Source: a virus. From it: 64,000 nucleotides of DNA. Below the pieces are notes generated by a model. It was not told the origin of the DNA, did no database searches, and worked only from the letters and a program-made list of their open reading frames with translations. The stretch spans positions 18,985 through 82,984 of IMG/VR virus record IMGVR_UViG_3300015199_000002, one strand, 5' to 3'. Below, piece by piece: positions 19,243-28,534 of this stretch; the first letter of the stretch is position 1; each line of letters begins with the position of its first letter. The translations under genes were made by a program, and so were the position numbers.

Positions 19243-20709
19243 TTATACTTCTTGTCCGCAAATAGTGCTGTAAACATCCTGAGATTGATTATCTCTATTT
19301 GTCACCGCAACACGAACTCGAACACCTGCCGCAACAGAAATAGGATCTTGAAGCGTAATGCTCATATTAGGAGTAGCCGTTGAATTGAATTGCACAAACT
19401 TAGAAGTAAATACTCCGGTCGCAACTCCAGTTTCAATTTCCACTTCAATTTTAGCTTTACCAGAGCCGGTAGCTTCGATTTGTTTCAAAAGAAGAGTTTT
19501 ACCGGCGGTAACAGTGTAATCGTGGTTATTAGTAGCGTTAGCGGCCAACGTAGCAACCGTTTTATAATCATCAACTGCAGTTCCCAGAGGAGCTGAAGAT
19601 AAAGTAACAGGAACAGGATTAGTACTAGATACGTCAGCCCCCGCAACAGCTAAGTTAGCCGCTACGCGAAGTGTCTGAGCTCCAGTTGCCCCGTTATTGA
19701 AATCAGCTGCCCCGGTGGCATTACCAATTTGAGCGGCAGATCTTACTGTATTAGCTCCAACAGTTCCATAGTTTGTGTCTACAGTAGTAGGAAAATTAGT
19801 GGAGGTGGTTGTTAGCGTTATACTGGTGGTGATGTCAACCTTAGATTCGCCGGAAGCTGTGAAGCTTTGGCTATTGGTACCATCTGTTAGCTTAACTGGC
19901 CACGCGTTGGCTATAGTATTAGGAGCTCCTTGATTGGAGGTAGTTCTTAAAGTTTGAGCTCCGGTGGCTCCCGCGTTGAAGTCAGCAGCTCCAGTTGCGT
20001 TACCAATTTGAGAGGCTGCTCTTAGAGTTTGAGCCCCGACAGTTCCGAAATTAAAGTCTGCAGCGCCTGTGGCGTTACCGATTTGGGCAGCGGTTCGGGG
20101 AGTATTTGCTCCAACAGTTCCGTAGTTATGGTCGTCGGTTGATGTGACGGTTGCGGTAACAAGAAGTCTACCACTAGAATCTACTTGAAGAGCCGCTTGC
20201 TGTCCGTTAGTTAAAGTGGGAAGAACAGTATTAAACTGGCCTCCCGTTAGCTGAGAGAATGAAGCAACTGTTCCTGGAGCCACTGGGCCATCAGATTGAT
20301 CTTTAGTAATCCAAGGAGAGGTTCCTTGAGTCGTTGTTACAGTTCCCGACACCACCCAAGGGCTGGTTGATTGAGTAACCGCTACAGTCGCGGGAAAATT
20401 GTCTACGTTTACATGAAGATTAGCTCCAGAAGGTTGAACTACAGTAACCGTGTCTGAAGATGTTAGCGCTCTAATAGTACGAGGGTCAATTTGAACCCCG
20501 GCTACGTTAATACCAACGTCTAGAGCTCGTTGAGCTCCATTAGTTTGTGATGTTAGACCATTCCCTGCGGCGTCGTCTAGTTTTGTTGTTATCTTACCAG
20601 CAGCATCTACTGCTAGAGCTTGGGATGTAATTGTTCCGTCTACGATCTTGGCGGCTACGTCTCCGTTATTTTCTGTTCTTACTGGCAGGCTGCTATTATA
20701 ATCACTCAT
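19243..20709 (-). CDS. Putative head fibre or decoration protein with 25-aa repeats
   Basis: 488 aa; carries the same NYGTVGANT.R.AAQIGNATGAADFN repeats as 17367-19181; VTQ.TSPW motifs; beta-sandwich-like C-terminus. Confidence 0.65.
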   Translation of the reverse strand: MSDYNSSLPVRTENNGDVAAKIVDGTITSQALAVDAAGKITTKLDDAAGNGLTSQTNGAQRALDVGINVAGVQIDPRTIRALTSSDTVTVVQPSGANLHVNVDNFPATVAVTQSTSPWVVSGTVTTTQGTSPWITKDQSDGPVAPGTVASFSQLTGGQFNTVLPTLTNGQQAALQVDSSGRLLVTATVTSTDDHNYGTVGANTPRTAAQIGNATGAADFNFGTVGAQTLRAASQIGNATGAADFNAGATGAQTLRTTSNQGAPNTIANAWPVKLTDGTNSQSFTASGESKVDITTSITLTTTSTNFPTTVDTNYGTVGANTVRSAAQIGNATGAADFNNGATGAQTLRVAANLAVAGADVSSTNPVPVTLSSAPLGTAVDDYKTVATLAANATNNHDYTVTAGKTLLLKQIEATGSGKAKIEVEIETGVATGVFTSKFVQFNSTATPNMSITLQDPISVAAGVRVRVAVTNRDNQSQDVYSTICGQEV

Positions 20710-20710
20710 G

Positions 20711-20890
20711 CTATCTCAGGTCCCTTACTTTTTCAGTTAGTTCTTTTTCTTTGTCTTCTTGTATCTTTACGTGCTCTTTCATCCTATCGATACTTTCGGA
20801 TGCTTCTTCAATCCGAACTTCCAGGTTCAGTTTAGCGGAATGAACTGCGGCCAACTCGGCCTTAATTTTCTTTATTTCTAGGGGAGTCAT
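20711..20890 (-). CDS. Small coiled-coil protein (59 aa), absent from the ORF track
   Basis: MTPLEIKKIKAELAAVHSAKLNLEVRIEEASESIDRMKEHVKIQEDKEKELTEKVRDLR; its ATG overlaps the upstream TAA and it ends 1 nt before the next ATG. Confidence 0.75.
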   Translation of the reverse strand: MTPLEIKKIKAELAAVHSAKLNLEVRIEEASESIDRMKEHVKIQEDKEKELTEKVRDLR

Positions 20891-21630
20891 TAACTTATCT
20901 CCAATATCTGTAATCTAGCTTCAAATGTTGCGACTGTTGGTCTTGTGTGAAGAACTTGTATTTGCACATTGTCTCCGGCAACCAGCTGAGTTCCGTTGTT
21001 GTCCCAAGATAAAAAGTCAAAAATTTCATTCATGCTTCCAAAAAAAGTTCTTCGGGTGTCCACCACCACGGAATTGAACAATAACGTGAACTTAGCTATA
21101 TTCTCTCCTGAGACACTTGCTTTTTGGAAAACAGCCGTCTTACTTAGAGGGACAGTATACGTAACTACCTGAGTTGTTATGGAGGAGGCTACTCCAGTGA
21201 CCTCGTTGTAGGCGTTAATGACCTTGGTATTCGAGGGGATACTGCCGCCGGGGATTGTATATAAGCTGCCGTCAGGGGCAACCTTTAGTCCTATTAGGTC
21301 GGTCCCATCGGTGCCCCCTATTAGGGTCGCCTGGACGGGCGGAGGAGCTCCCGTAGGTCCTACAGAAGGATTCACGGCAGAGATCGTGCCTGAGACCTGT
21401 ACTGTACCGTCGGGAGCTACTCTGATGGCGGCCTGAGGGCCGGTTAAGGTGCCGTCTGTGGTCCCAACCACTACTATGCTGTCTTCTTGGGATGTTATGA
21501 CGAGAGTCTGCTGCCCGCCGATATTGACCGACGCGTCTATAGTCGTGCGGAGCTGATCATTAGGCTCGTCGTAGACTCGCTGAAGTATCTGCTGTTCACT
21601 AAGTTTAGTGATGTTTGGGTTTTTAGCCAT
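20890..21630 (-). CDS. Structural protein, third member of the MAxNP-ITKL-QRVYDE family
   Basis: Starts MAKNPNITKLSEQQILQRVYDEPNDQLRTTI; has a different, longer C-terminal part. Confidence 0.7.
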   Translation of the reverse strand: MAKNPNITKLSEQQILQRVYDEPNDQLRTTIDASVNIGGQQTLVITSQEDSIVVVGTTDGTLTGPQAAIRVAPDGTVQVSGTISAVNPSVGPTGAPPPVQATLIGGTDGTDLIGLKVAPDGSLYTIPGGSIPSNTKVINAYNEVTGVASSITTQVVTYTVPLSKTAVFQKASVSGENIAKFTLLFNSVVVDTRRTFFGSMNEIFDFLSWDNNGTQLVAGDNVQIQVLHTRPTVATFEARLQILEIS

Positions 21631-21647
21631 GGCGAGTATCCTTCTAA

Positions 21648-21744
21648 ATGTCGCAATTCAACTATTGCGACAATTTATGTCGCAATTCAACTATTGCGAC
21701 AATTTATGTCGCAATTCAACTATTGCGACAATTTATGTCGCAAT
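21648..21744. repeat. Perfect 29-bp tandem repeat (3.3 copies) built from alternating inverted 9-mers
   Basis: ATGTCGCAATTCAACTATTGCGACAATTT x3 plus ATGTCGCAAT; TGTCGCAAT and ATTGCGACA alternate. Confidence 0.95.
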
Positions 21745-21745
21745 A

Positions 21746-22699
21746 CTACACTCCCATGTTTCTTTTGCGCTTCGTGAACTCTCTCCAGCTTCCTCGATCT
21801 TGAGCGGGAGGGGCTTCAGTCTGCGATTCAGCGGGCTTAGAGAACTTGGGGTTCGCACTCTTCAATTGCTTCACCTTGGCTTTGGTGATGGCCTTGATGA
21901 TGTCTTCTCCGAATAGCGAGATCAGTTTGTCTCCGTCGAGCGCTCCGTCTGCGCCTTTGTACCCGGATACGCGTTCTTGGAACTCTTTGTCATAGTCTTC
22001 GCGAGCGATCTTAGCGAGCTGTTCGGCAGGCATTTCCCAGCCGTTCTTGTTGCTAACGCGTTGAAGTTGTGCCATTCGTGCAATTGACCATGGAGTCTTA
22101 GGAACACCGGAGTCTTCTAATGCTTTTGTGAACAGTTTGTCAAGGCGGGTAATCTGTGCACGTTCTTCAGCCGTTGCAGCTTCCCGTTTCTTGGATTCTT
22201 CTCTTACCAACTCCGCTCTCTTAGCTTCTTCTGCGCGCTCAGCTTCTTTGGCTTCATAGGAGCGAACTTTTTCTTCGAGTTCGCGTTCTTTCTTAGCCGC
22301 AGGAGATTCTTGTTCTCGTTTGATAATTTCAGTGAGAGTTTCTTCTGAGAACTTGCGGAGGTCGATACCGAGTTTCTCCATGGCGACTTTTGGGTTCTCT
22401 TTAAGCATCTTGAGAACGGCTTCGGTTTCTTTCCGGGACATCGCAGCGTCTTGAAATCTGCGGTTAGCTACTGAAGCCTGCTGAGCTAACTTAATCACGT
22501 CTTCTTCTGGAAGTTCAATATCTGCACCCTCAAGTTTCAACTTGAGTTTGCGAATTTCTTTAGCGGTGGGAGCAGGAGCTTCTGCTGCCGCGGGCGCCGC
22601 TACCTTTTCTGTGGCTGGAGCTACCTTGGTGACGTCTGAAGCCAACGAAGGCGTACTTGCGGGCGGGGCTACTGCTGGGGTTTCTACTGATTGTGACAT
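21746..22699 (-). CDS. Capsid scaffolding protein
   Basis: Pro/Ala-rich N-terminus, KLKLEGADIELP motif, long charged coiled coil; lies between portal and capsid genes. Confidence 0.7.
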   Translation of the reverse strand: MSQSVETPAVAPPASTPSLASDVTKVAPATEKVAAPAAAEAPAPTAKEIRKLKLKLEGADIELPEEDVIKLAQQASVANRRFQDAAMSRKETEAVLKMLKENPKVAMEKLGIDLRKFSEETLTEIIKREQESPAAKKERELEEKVRSYEAKEAERAEEAKRAELVREESKKREAATAEERAQITRLDKLFTKALEDSGVPKTPWSIARMAQLQRVSNKNGWEMPAEQLAKIAREDYDKEFQERVSGYKGADGALDGDKLISLFGEDIIKAITKAKVKQLKSANPKFSKPAESQTEAPPAQDRGSWREFTKRKRNMGV

Positions 22700-23385
22700 T
22701 TTGATGTCTCCTTTTTAGTTATTAATTGCGCGTTGTAGTATGTCAGGGTTGAAGTGTTTTCTTGCCGCCCCAACAACATGGCGGAAAGAGTCTGCTGTGT
22801 AATTTTTATTTTTGAAGCCGCAGACTTTATAGATTCAAATATTTCTCCAGTAACAGAGTCTACTATTTTTATTCGGCTGTGCGCCGGATGACTTATGCCT
22901 TTTTTGGCAGCGCTCATTTTTGCTCTAGTTTCTTCCGACCTTACTGCTCCTAGGGCATTCTTATTGCCCGCGAGTGCTTTAGATATTTTAATCCCGGTCG
23001 CTGCTGGCCTTTTAAGTCCTAGATGTCCGTTTGGTTTTCCAGTTTTAGATTCTGAAAGCTTTCTTCTCATTTCTTCCGATCTTACTAACCCCTTAATGCC
23101 GGTGGAGTTATCGCCACCTTTGGCTATATTGTAGCCGTCTGGAGTTAGTGCCTGGAAGTAATCTATGAAAAAGATCTCGGAGTCATTCAACTGCTCTTGA
23201 GATGCGCACCCGCTCACCGTGTCTACGGTGAATGACTCGGCTCCATATTTTTTAATGGCTCTAGATAGCAGCGGGCAGCCACTATTTTTAGCCTTATGTT
23301 TTGACCATCGGGCTTCTAAAGACTGAACGGTCTGCCCTATGTAGCACTTTCCGTTCACTTTATTTGTGATTTTATATATTACCAT
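22684..23385 (-). CDS. GIY-YIG homing endonuclease with NUMOD-type repeats
   Basis: VIYKITNKVNGKCYIGQT...RW..H, GYNI, then RSEE.R.K.S repeats and a C-terminal FESIKSAA helix-turn-helix. Confidence 0.9.
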   Translation of the reverse strand: MVIYKITNKVNGKCYIGQTVQSLEARWSKHKAKNSGCPLLSRAIKKYGAESFTVDTVSGCASQEQLNDSEIFFIDYFQALTPDGYNIAKGGDNSTGIKGLVRSEEMRRKLSESKTGKPNGHLGLKRPAATGIKISKALAGNKNALGAVRSEETRAKMSAAKKGISHPAHSRIKIVDSVTGEIFESIKSAASKIKITQQTLSAMLLGRQENTSTLTYYNAQLITKKETSKCHNQ

Positions 23386-23387
23386 TT

Positions 23388-25469
23388 TTATTGCCCCGTT
23401 GATGCTTTCATATTCGCATATGCTTCTTGCGCCGCCGGTGTCGCCGCCTTGGGCAAGTTCGGCAATCCGGACGGCTTAATGGACTCGGCCTGCTGCATCC
23501 CGGGAGGGGTCGGGTTCTGCGTAGCTGGCATACCTGGTCCTGGAGGGCCGACAGGCTTTGGCGGACCCCCCTGTCCTGGAGGAGGGGGCGAGGCGGCTTG
23601 GCCAGGAGCAGGAGGGGCGCCTGGAGGCGGCATAGGAGTAAGCGGAGTCTGACCGAGAAGCGTCAGAAGCTGAGGGTCGCCGTTCTTAAGGGCGTCAATG
23701 TGGTCCTGGATATGCTTGGTCACTGCGTTGACAATAGCCGGCGTACTTCTTGCTTCTGGCGAGTCCAGGCAGGTAGAATGCTCCTTGATGTGCTCAACAT
23801 GCTGGTCTGTGATAACGACCATAACATTTTTACCGTCCTGGAGATCTTCGTTCTCACTTCGGATGTTTAGGATCTGGCTGGTCTCGTGCTCATACAAGGA
23901 GTCAATAGTGCCGGTGGTGATCACTTCGAAGTAATGGGCGGGGTTCGTGATCATTTTGTTCTGGAGAAGATCCTGCGCTTCCTGCAATCTTCCAGCAGGT
24001 GTTTTTGAGATAGGGTTAACTGTCTCAACGCACACTCTGTTGATGCCGTCAAGGTCGGATCCTTTGAATGCCTGCACTCGGAACCGGTTGCTTTTTCCGG
24101 CGATGCTTGCAATTCTCGGTGTTGCTGCATAGTCCTGTAGGATCTCAATCAACCCAGTGCCGACGTCCTCTAGGAGTCGGTTATAGGATTGCTGCAGGCC
24201 ACTGTTGAATTGCACCGCTTGGGCGGCAACGAGGGCTAGGGCTGCGCCAGAGTGAAGGGAACTTTCCGGGTTACCGCGGGCGACACTGTTGATACCGGAG
24301 AGGGTTTCCATCAAGTGCTGAACTCGGTCAAGCTGACTGAAGATTTCAGCCGGGGTTTGCACCAGGTTCAGGGGCTCTGGTTTTCCGATGTTCTTATCAT
24401 ACTCAATGGCATTCAAGCCTTGAGCAAGAGCCACTACGTTGATCTCAGCACCACGAGGAATCAGGATGTTCTGAGTCCCGTAGTTCATCTGGTTGGTGGT
24501 GATGATAGACATCAAGGAGCTATAGATCTTCTGTAGCCCCATCAGGTCATAGGCCACCGTGTATCCGAACGGGGTACCAAAGAATTCAGCGGGAGCTATG
24601 CGGTAGATAGGAATATGTTTGAATGCTAAGGGTCCATCGTTAAGATAGACGTCAACGTCAACAAATTCCATCTGCCGGCCGTTGGGAAGAGCAGGGGTGG
24701 GTTCGTGATAGAACTTATACACCGGGATATAGTCGCCGTTAGTGTATGCATCGAATGTCAGGAATGAGTACCGGGAAAAGTAGTCAGGCGACTTAGATAT
24801 GGACAGGATGTCGTTGGATTTGTCTGGGTACTTTGCTGCCAGATCGTATTTATTCTTAAACTCGCGTACGCACTTCCACGGCGGTCCTGCATTTGATTCT
24901 GACCAGCACTCGCGGATCACGTCTAGAGGATGGAACGTGTTGAACACTGCGTCGCCGTCGTAGATGGGCTGTCCATTTTCTCCAACATCGTAGATCTGCC
25001 CTTTTGTGGCATCCCAGTCAAGAGTTACAAACCCCTCGCCTGAGATAATCGCTAGCTCTGTTGCCCTCTTTAATTCTATCTCGAGCCTTTTCTCCATCAT
25101 GTAATAATCAAGTACTGAGCGGGCCAGAATTGTCTGATTAGCAGACTTAGAGTCGGTATTTTGCGCCGTCGGCTGAAGTGCAGGCCGTTGCGATGTAGTT
25201 AAGGTGAGAAGATTCTGAAGAAGGGAGCGGTAGTGATTGGGAATGCTGACGTAAAGTTCGCCATTCATGCCGCCTTGGTTTAATTTCGAACTATCCATTC
25301 CGGCCTGGGTGATCCCATAATATGCTAAGTAGGATCTCTTCCACTTATCCAAGAATTGGAATTTTGAGGTGAACATGTAAAAGTCCATAATTTTTTTGCT
25401 GAGGGTTCTGGTAAGGTCTTCAGGAGAAGCTGCTCCCCAATATTGGTCTGTCGTTGCGCCGATACTCAT
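23388..25469 (-). CDS. Portal protein (P22-like)
   Basis: 693 aa directly after the terminase; LSGINSVARG...SGAALAL motif; Pro-rich C-terminal tail. Confidence 0.85.
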   Translation of the reverse strand: MSIGATTDQYWGAASPEDLTRTLSKKIMDFYMFTSKFQFLDKWKRSYLAYYGITQAGMDSSKLNQGGMNGELYVSIPNHYRSLLQNLLTLTTSQRPALQPTAQNTDSKSANQTILARSVLDYYMMEKRLEIELKRATELAIISGEGFVTLDWDATKGQIYDVGENGQPIYDGDAVFNTFHPLDVIRECWSESNAGPPWKCVREFKNKYDLAAKYPDKSNDILSISKSPDYFSRYSFLTFDAYTNGDYIPVYKFYHEPTPALPNGRQMEFVDVDVYLNDGPLAFKHIPIYRIAPAEFFGTPFGYTVAYDLMGLQKIYSSLMSIITTNQMNYGTQNILIPRGAEINVVALAQGLNAIEYDKNIGKPEPLNLVQTPAEIFSQLDRVQHLMETLSGINSVARGNPESSLHSGAALALVAAQAVQFNSGLQQSYNRLLEDVGTGLIEILQDYAATPRIASIAGKSNRFRVQAFKGSDLDGINRVCVETVNPISKTPAGRLQEAQDLLQNKMITNPAHYFEVITTGTIDSLYEHETSQILNIRSENEDLQDGKNVMVVITDQHVEHIKEHSTCLDSPEARSTPAIVNAVTKHIQDHIDALKNGDPQLLTLLGQTPLTPMPPPGAPPAPGQAASPPPPGQGGPPKPVGPPGPGMPATQNPTPPGMQQAESIKPSGLPNLPKAATPAAQEAYANMKASTGQ

Positions 25470-25475
25470 TGTTAA

Positions 25476-27017
25476 TTATCTCCTGAACTTTCTATCTTTT
25501 GAATTTGAAAATACGCTGGGCATCTGTGCTGCCAAGTCTCTCTGCGCCGGCTCCTCTTTTGGAGCAAGAAGTTTCTTTAGGCCTGACATCGACGCATTGT
25601 TGTATCTGTCATCTTTTATGACCATGCCGCGAACATTTAACTTATAGTTCGGTGGGAACGGGTTGCTGTATCTGTTTATGTTCCTGACAAAGTACTGGAG
25701 CGCGGCTAAGAGGTCGAAGTGGCCATTCTCGCTGTCTCTGCAGAAGCTTGTCCTGGCCGGATTCCAGGTGGCGTCTTCTATCTGCCCGATAAGTTTCTGG
25801 CACCGGGGGTGGATAATCAGCTTGTAGCCCTGGATGTCAAGTCGAATAGAATTCGCTTGAGCTTCTACATTGTCTTTGTTCGTAACCATCCCGATCGGGT
25901 AACGGTGGACAGTGTTTATGTCGTTGATCGTGAATGCCTGTCCGTCTGCGATGCGGTTAGTGGCTTTCATGGGCTCTTCTCCCCATAGCGCGACTTCTTT
26001 TTCTCTACAGGCTTTCACCAGTGTTGCTGAGTTGACGCCCTTAAGTAAAAGTTCGTCTTCGATTACCACGAAGCCCTTGGGAAAGTGATAGTATCCGAAT
26101 AGGACGCCGCAGAAGTCAACTAGACCTAAATCGGCAGACACCAGCGAGTGGAAGAAGTCGGGGCGAACGATGTCGTCGCGTACTAGGTGTTCTTTAAATT
26201 TTGACCATTCGGGGATCACTGCGTTTACTTCGTCAATCAAAAAATTACACAAATATTCTCGTTGAAATGTTGAGCTATTATAGCCGCCGGTCTCTCTATA
26301 CTGGTCTGCGATTCTGTCTACGTCTGCCTTGGAAAATTTCTTGACGTCAAGAATAGTCTGCTTTAAGTATAGGCCGTCTTCCTGCGCGCGCCGCGTGAAT
26401 ATCTTTACGAACGGGTGCCCGGGGGTCATGGGGGCGTTGGATAGCAGGATCATTGCTCCGCCCGTGGTTGTAGTCATGGGAGAAAGAACAGAGTTCACCG
26501 CGGTCTCAAGGTGATCTATGAACCCGGCTTCGTCGACCACGATCTTATGCGCCGTGAGTCCTCGTATCTTTTGAAGTCTTCCGCCATCCAACCCAGTGAG
26601 CTTAATAGTAGAGCCGTTAGTGAAAACGTACTGGTTGTACTGAGTCTTTAGCTTTGCGCGCAAATCTTCTGGGGCATCTTTAAAAATTTCTTGGTACGAA
26701 GGAAGGATCATGTCCTTGACAGCCTTCTGCGTCGCTCCTGTGTATAGAATAAAGCTACCCGGGTGAGTCAGCGCGTATTCTATGCAAATTACGGCTGCCA
26801 TAAAAGTTTTTCCAGAGCGTCTGGAGGCGTTTAGAACAAATCTACTGTTAGGGATTTCGGCTGCTTTTTTTATGGCTGCGTACGCAACTTGCTGATGAGA
26901 CTCTAGCTTCCAGGAAAGATCGCCCTTCCTCCACAACGAAGCGGTTATCTGACGTCTGGCGGACTCTTTCTTACCGGCTAATTCCTCGGCTGTTATTGTT
27001 TCGCTAACGTCTTGCAT
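25476..27017 (-). CDS. terL: Terminase large subunit
   Basis: Walker A SRRSGKT, IRGL...IVVDEAG (Walker B), FQREYLCNF, and nuclease motifs SADLG and GHFDLLAAL. Confidence 0.95.
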   Translation of the reverse strand: MQDVSETITAEELAGKKESARRQITASLWRKGDLSWKLESHQQVAYAAIKKAAEIPNSRFVLNASRRSGKTFMAAVICIEYALTHPGSFILYTGATQKAVKDMILPSYQEIFKDAPEDLRAKLKTQYNQYVFTNGSTIKLTGLDGGRLQKIRGLTAHKIVVDEAGFIDHLETAVNSVLSPMTTTTGGAMILLSNAPMTPGHPFVKIFTRRAQEDGLYLKQTILDVKKFSKADVDRIADQYRETGGYNSSTFQREYLCNFLIDEVNAVIPEWSKFKEHLVRDDIVRPDFFHSLVSADLGLVDFCGVLFGYYHFPKGFVVIEDELLLKGVNSATLVKACREKEVALWGEEPMKATNRIADGQAFTINDINTVHRYPIGMVTNKDNVEAQANSIRLDIQGYKLIIHPRCQKLIGQIEDATWNPARTSFCRDSENGHFDLLAALQYFVRNINRYSNPFPPNYKLNVRGMVIKDDRYNNASMSGLKKLLAPKEEPAQRDLAAQMPSVFSNSKDRKFRR

Positions 27018-27020
27018 TGT

Positions 27021-27239
27021 CTATTGCAGTAAAGGCAGCAACGCTTTAAGGTCGTCTGCGCTTAAGTCCTCGTACGGGTCATCTGTGCTTATATTGGCGC
27101 CCTTGGCTCTGAGTAGCATCTTCATCTTGATCAGGGTGGCGAGCTGAACGGTCTCGGCTTCGGTAAGGAGTTCCTTTTCCGACCGATTCTGCAAAAACTG
27201 GAGTTGCTGCTCTATGATCTTAAGGGGATCTGCTGACAT
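27021..27239 (-). CDS. Hypothetical protein, possible small terminase
   Basis: 72 aa helical protein directly upstream of terL; C-terminal DLSADDLKALL helix. Function assigned from position only. Confidence 0.4.
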   Translation of the reverse strand: MSADPLKIIEQQLQFLQNRSEKELLTEAETVQLATLIKMKMLLRAKGANISTDDPYEDLSADDLKALLPLLQ

Positions 27240-27242
27240 GGC

Positions 27243-27500
27243 CTAGGACCGCCCTCTAATGCCCGCAGCGAGCTTAATTGTGCTTATCTCGTCCTTTAGG
27301 GCTTTGAAGTCTGCTTCCATCACTGCGACCCTGCCAAGGGCCTTGGAATCGACTTTATCGACACCGAAGAAACGGTCAAGATAGTGGCCAGACAGGAACA
27401 GGGCGGTGGCTAGGAGCGGGACCATTTCCCTTGTGACGACTGTGACGGCCGCGAACAATAAGGAAGTTCCGAATAGTACGGAATCTCTATATTTCCACAT
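27243..27500 (-). CDS. Small membrane protein with coiled-coil tail
   Basis: Two hydrophobic segments followed by heptad repeats. Confidence 0.55.
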   Translation of the reverse strand: MWKYRDSVLFGTSLLFAAVTVVTREMVPLLATALFLSGHYLDRFFGVDKVDSKALGRVAVMEADFKALKDEISTIKLAAGIRGRS

Positions 27501-27778
27501 TAGCGCTTCTTCTTCGCGCCATTGCAGATATAGTCCTCGAGCTTAACTAACAGGAGTTCCCTGGTATCTTGCTTACTGATTACTTTAGGAACGTTTACGG
27601 ATTCATCTACTGATACTTCGATGATTTCATTGAGGTATCCAGAGATCTTGCGGATTCTGTAATACTTTTGAAGGTCTGCTGAGGAGGCTGTCTTGCTTCG
27701 CTCCGAAGGGCCTGTCGTATCGCCACTTTTTATTTCAGATTGTTCGTGGGCGGATTTGGCGGTCATTGGTGCGGGCAT
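27500..27778 (-). CDS. Hypothetical protein, first gene of the late operon
   Basis: 92 aa, GGAG RBS, stop overlaps the next start. Confidence 0.6.
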   Translation of the reverse strand: MPAPMTAKSAHEQSEIKSGDTTGPSERSKTASSADLQKYYRIRKISGYLNEIIEVSVDESVNVPKVISKQDTRELLLVKLEDYICNGAKKKR

Positions 27779-27910
27779 TTGATTGTCTCCGGGTGCATTC
27801 GCTCATAATCGAGTAGAATGGTCCTGATTAAGAGGGACAATACTCTGGATATTATTTTGTTGCTAAATCAGGATAACTTTGGCATACTTGATAGACGTTA
27901 GAGGTAACTA

Positions 27911-28534
27911 TTGAAGATTATTGCTTTAAGCGACACACACTCCCTGCACGATAGAATAAAAGTTCCTAACGGAGACGTTTTGGTTCACGCGGGGGACTTC
28001 TGTAATAGTGGATCCTGGGATGATCTTGTCCGGTTCAACGATTGGCTGGGAACTCTGCCTCACAAACATAAGCTGGTCACCGCAGGGAACCACGATAGAT
28101 GCGTTCAATATGACCTAGAGCATGCTAGGTCGCTATTGAGCAATGCGACGTTGCTCATTGACGAAGAGATTACGATCGATGGTGTAAGATTCTATATGTC
28201 GCCCTGGTCCCCTACGTTCGGCTATTGGGCATGGATGGCGCACCGCGGTGAAGACATCGCTGCTAAGTGGGCGAAGATACCGCTAGGGGTTGATGTACTC
28301 GTTACGCACGGGCCGGCCTATGGGATCCTGGATTTCATTCCTGACCAGAACCGGCACGTGGGGTGCGAAGAGCTGCTCAAGAGGGTAATGGTAGTGCGGC
28401 CGAAAGTGCATATTGCAGCCCATATCCACGAAGGATACGGAAAGAAGACAATAAATTACACTAAGTTCTATAACGTGGCGTCCTGCGACGGAAACTACAA
28501 TCCAGTAAATAAGCCTAAGGTGATTAATATATGA
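27911..28534 (+). CDS. Metallophosphoesterase (calcineurin-like)
   Basis: SDTH, HAGD, AGNHD, THGP and HIHE motifs. Confidence 0.9.
   Translation: MKIIALSDTHSLHDRIKVPNGDVLVHAGDFCNSGSWDDLVRFNDWLGTLPHKHKLVTAGNHDRCVQYDLEHARSLLSNATLLIDEEITIDGVRFYMSPWSPTFGYWAWMAHRGEDIAAKWAKIPLGVDVLVTHGPAYGILDFIPDQNRHVGCEELLKRVMVVRPKVHIAAHIHEGYGKKTINYTKFYNVASCDGNYNPVNKPKVINI

Noticed and set aside
21648-21744. CRISPR array (29-bp palindromic repeat)
   Set aside because: Units are directly adjacent with no unique spacers, and no cas genes are present.
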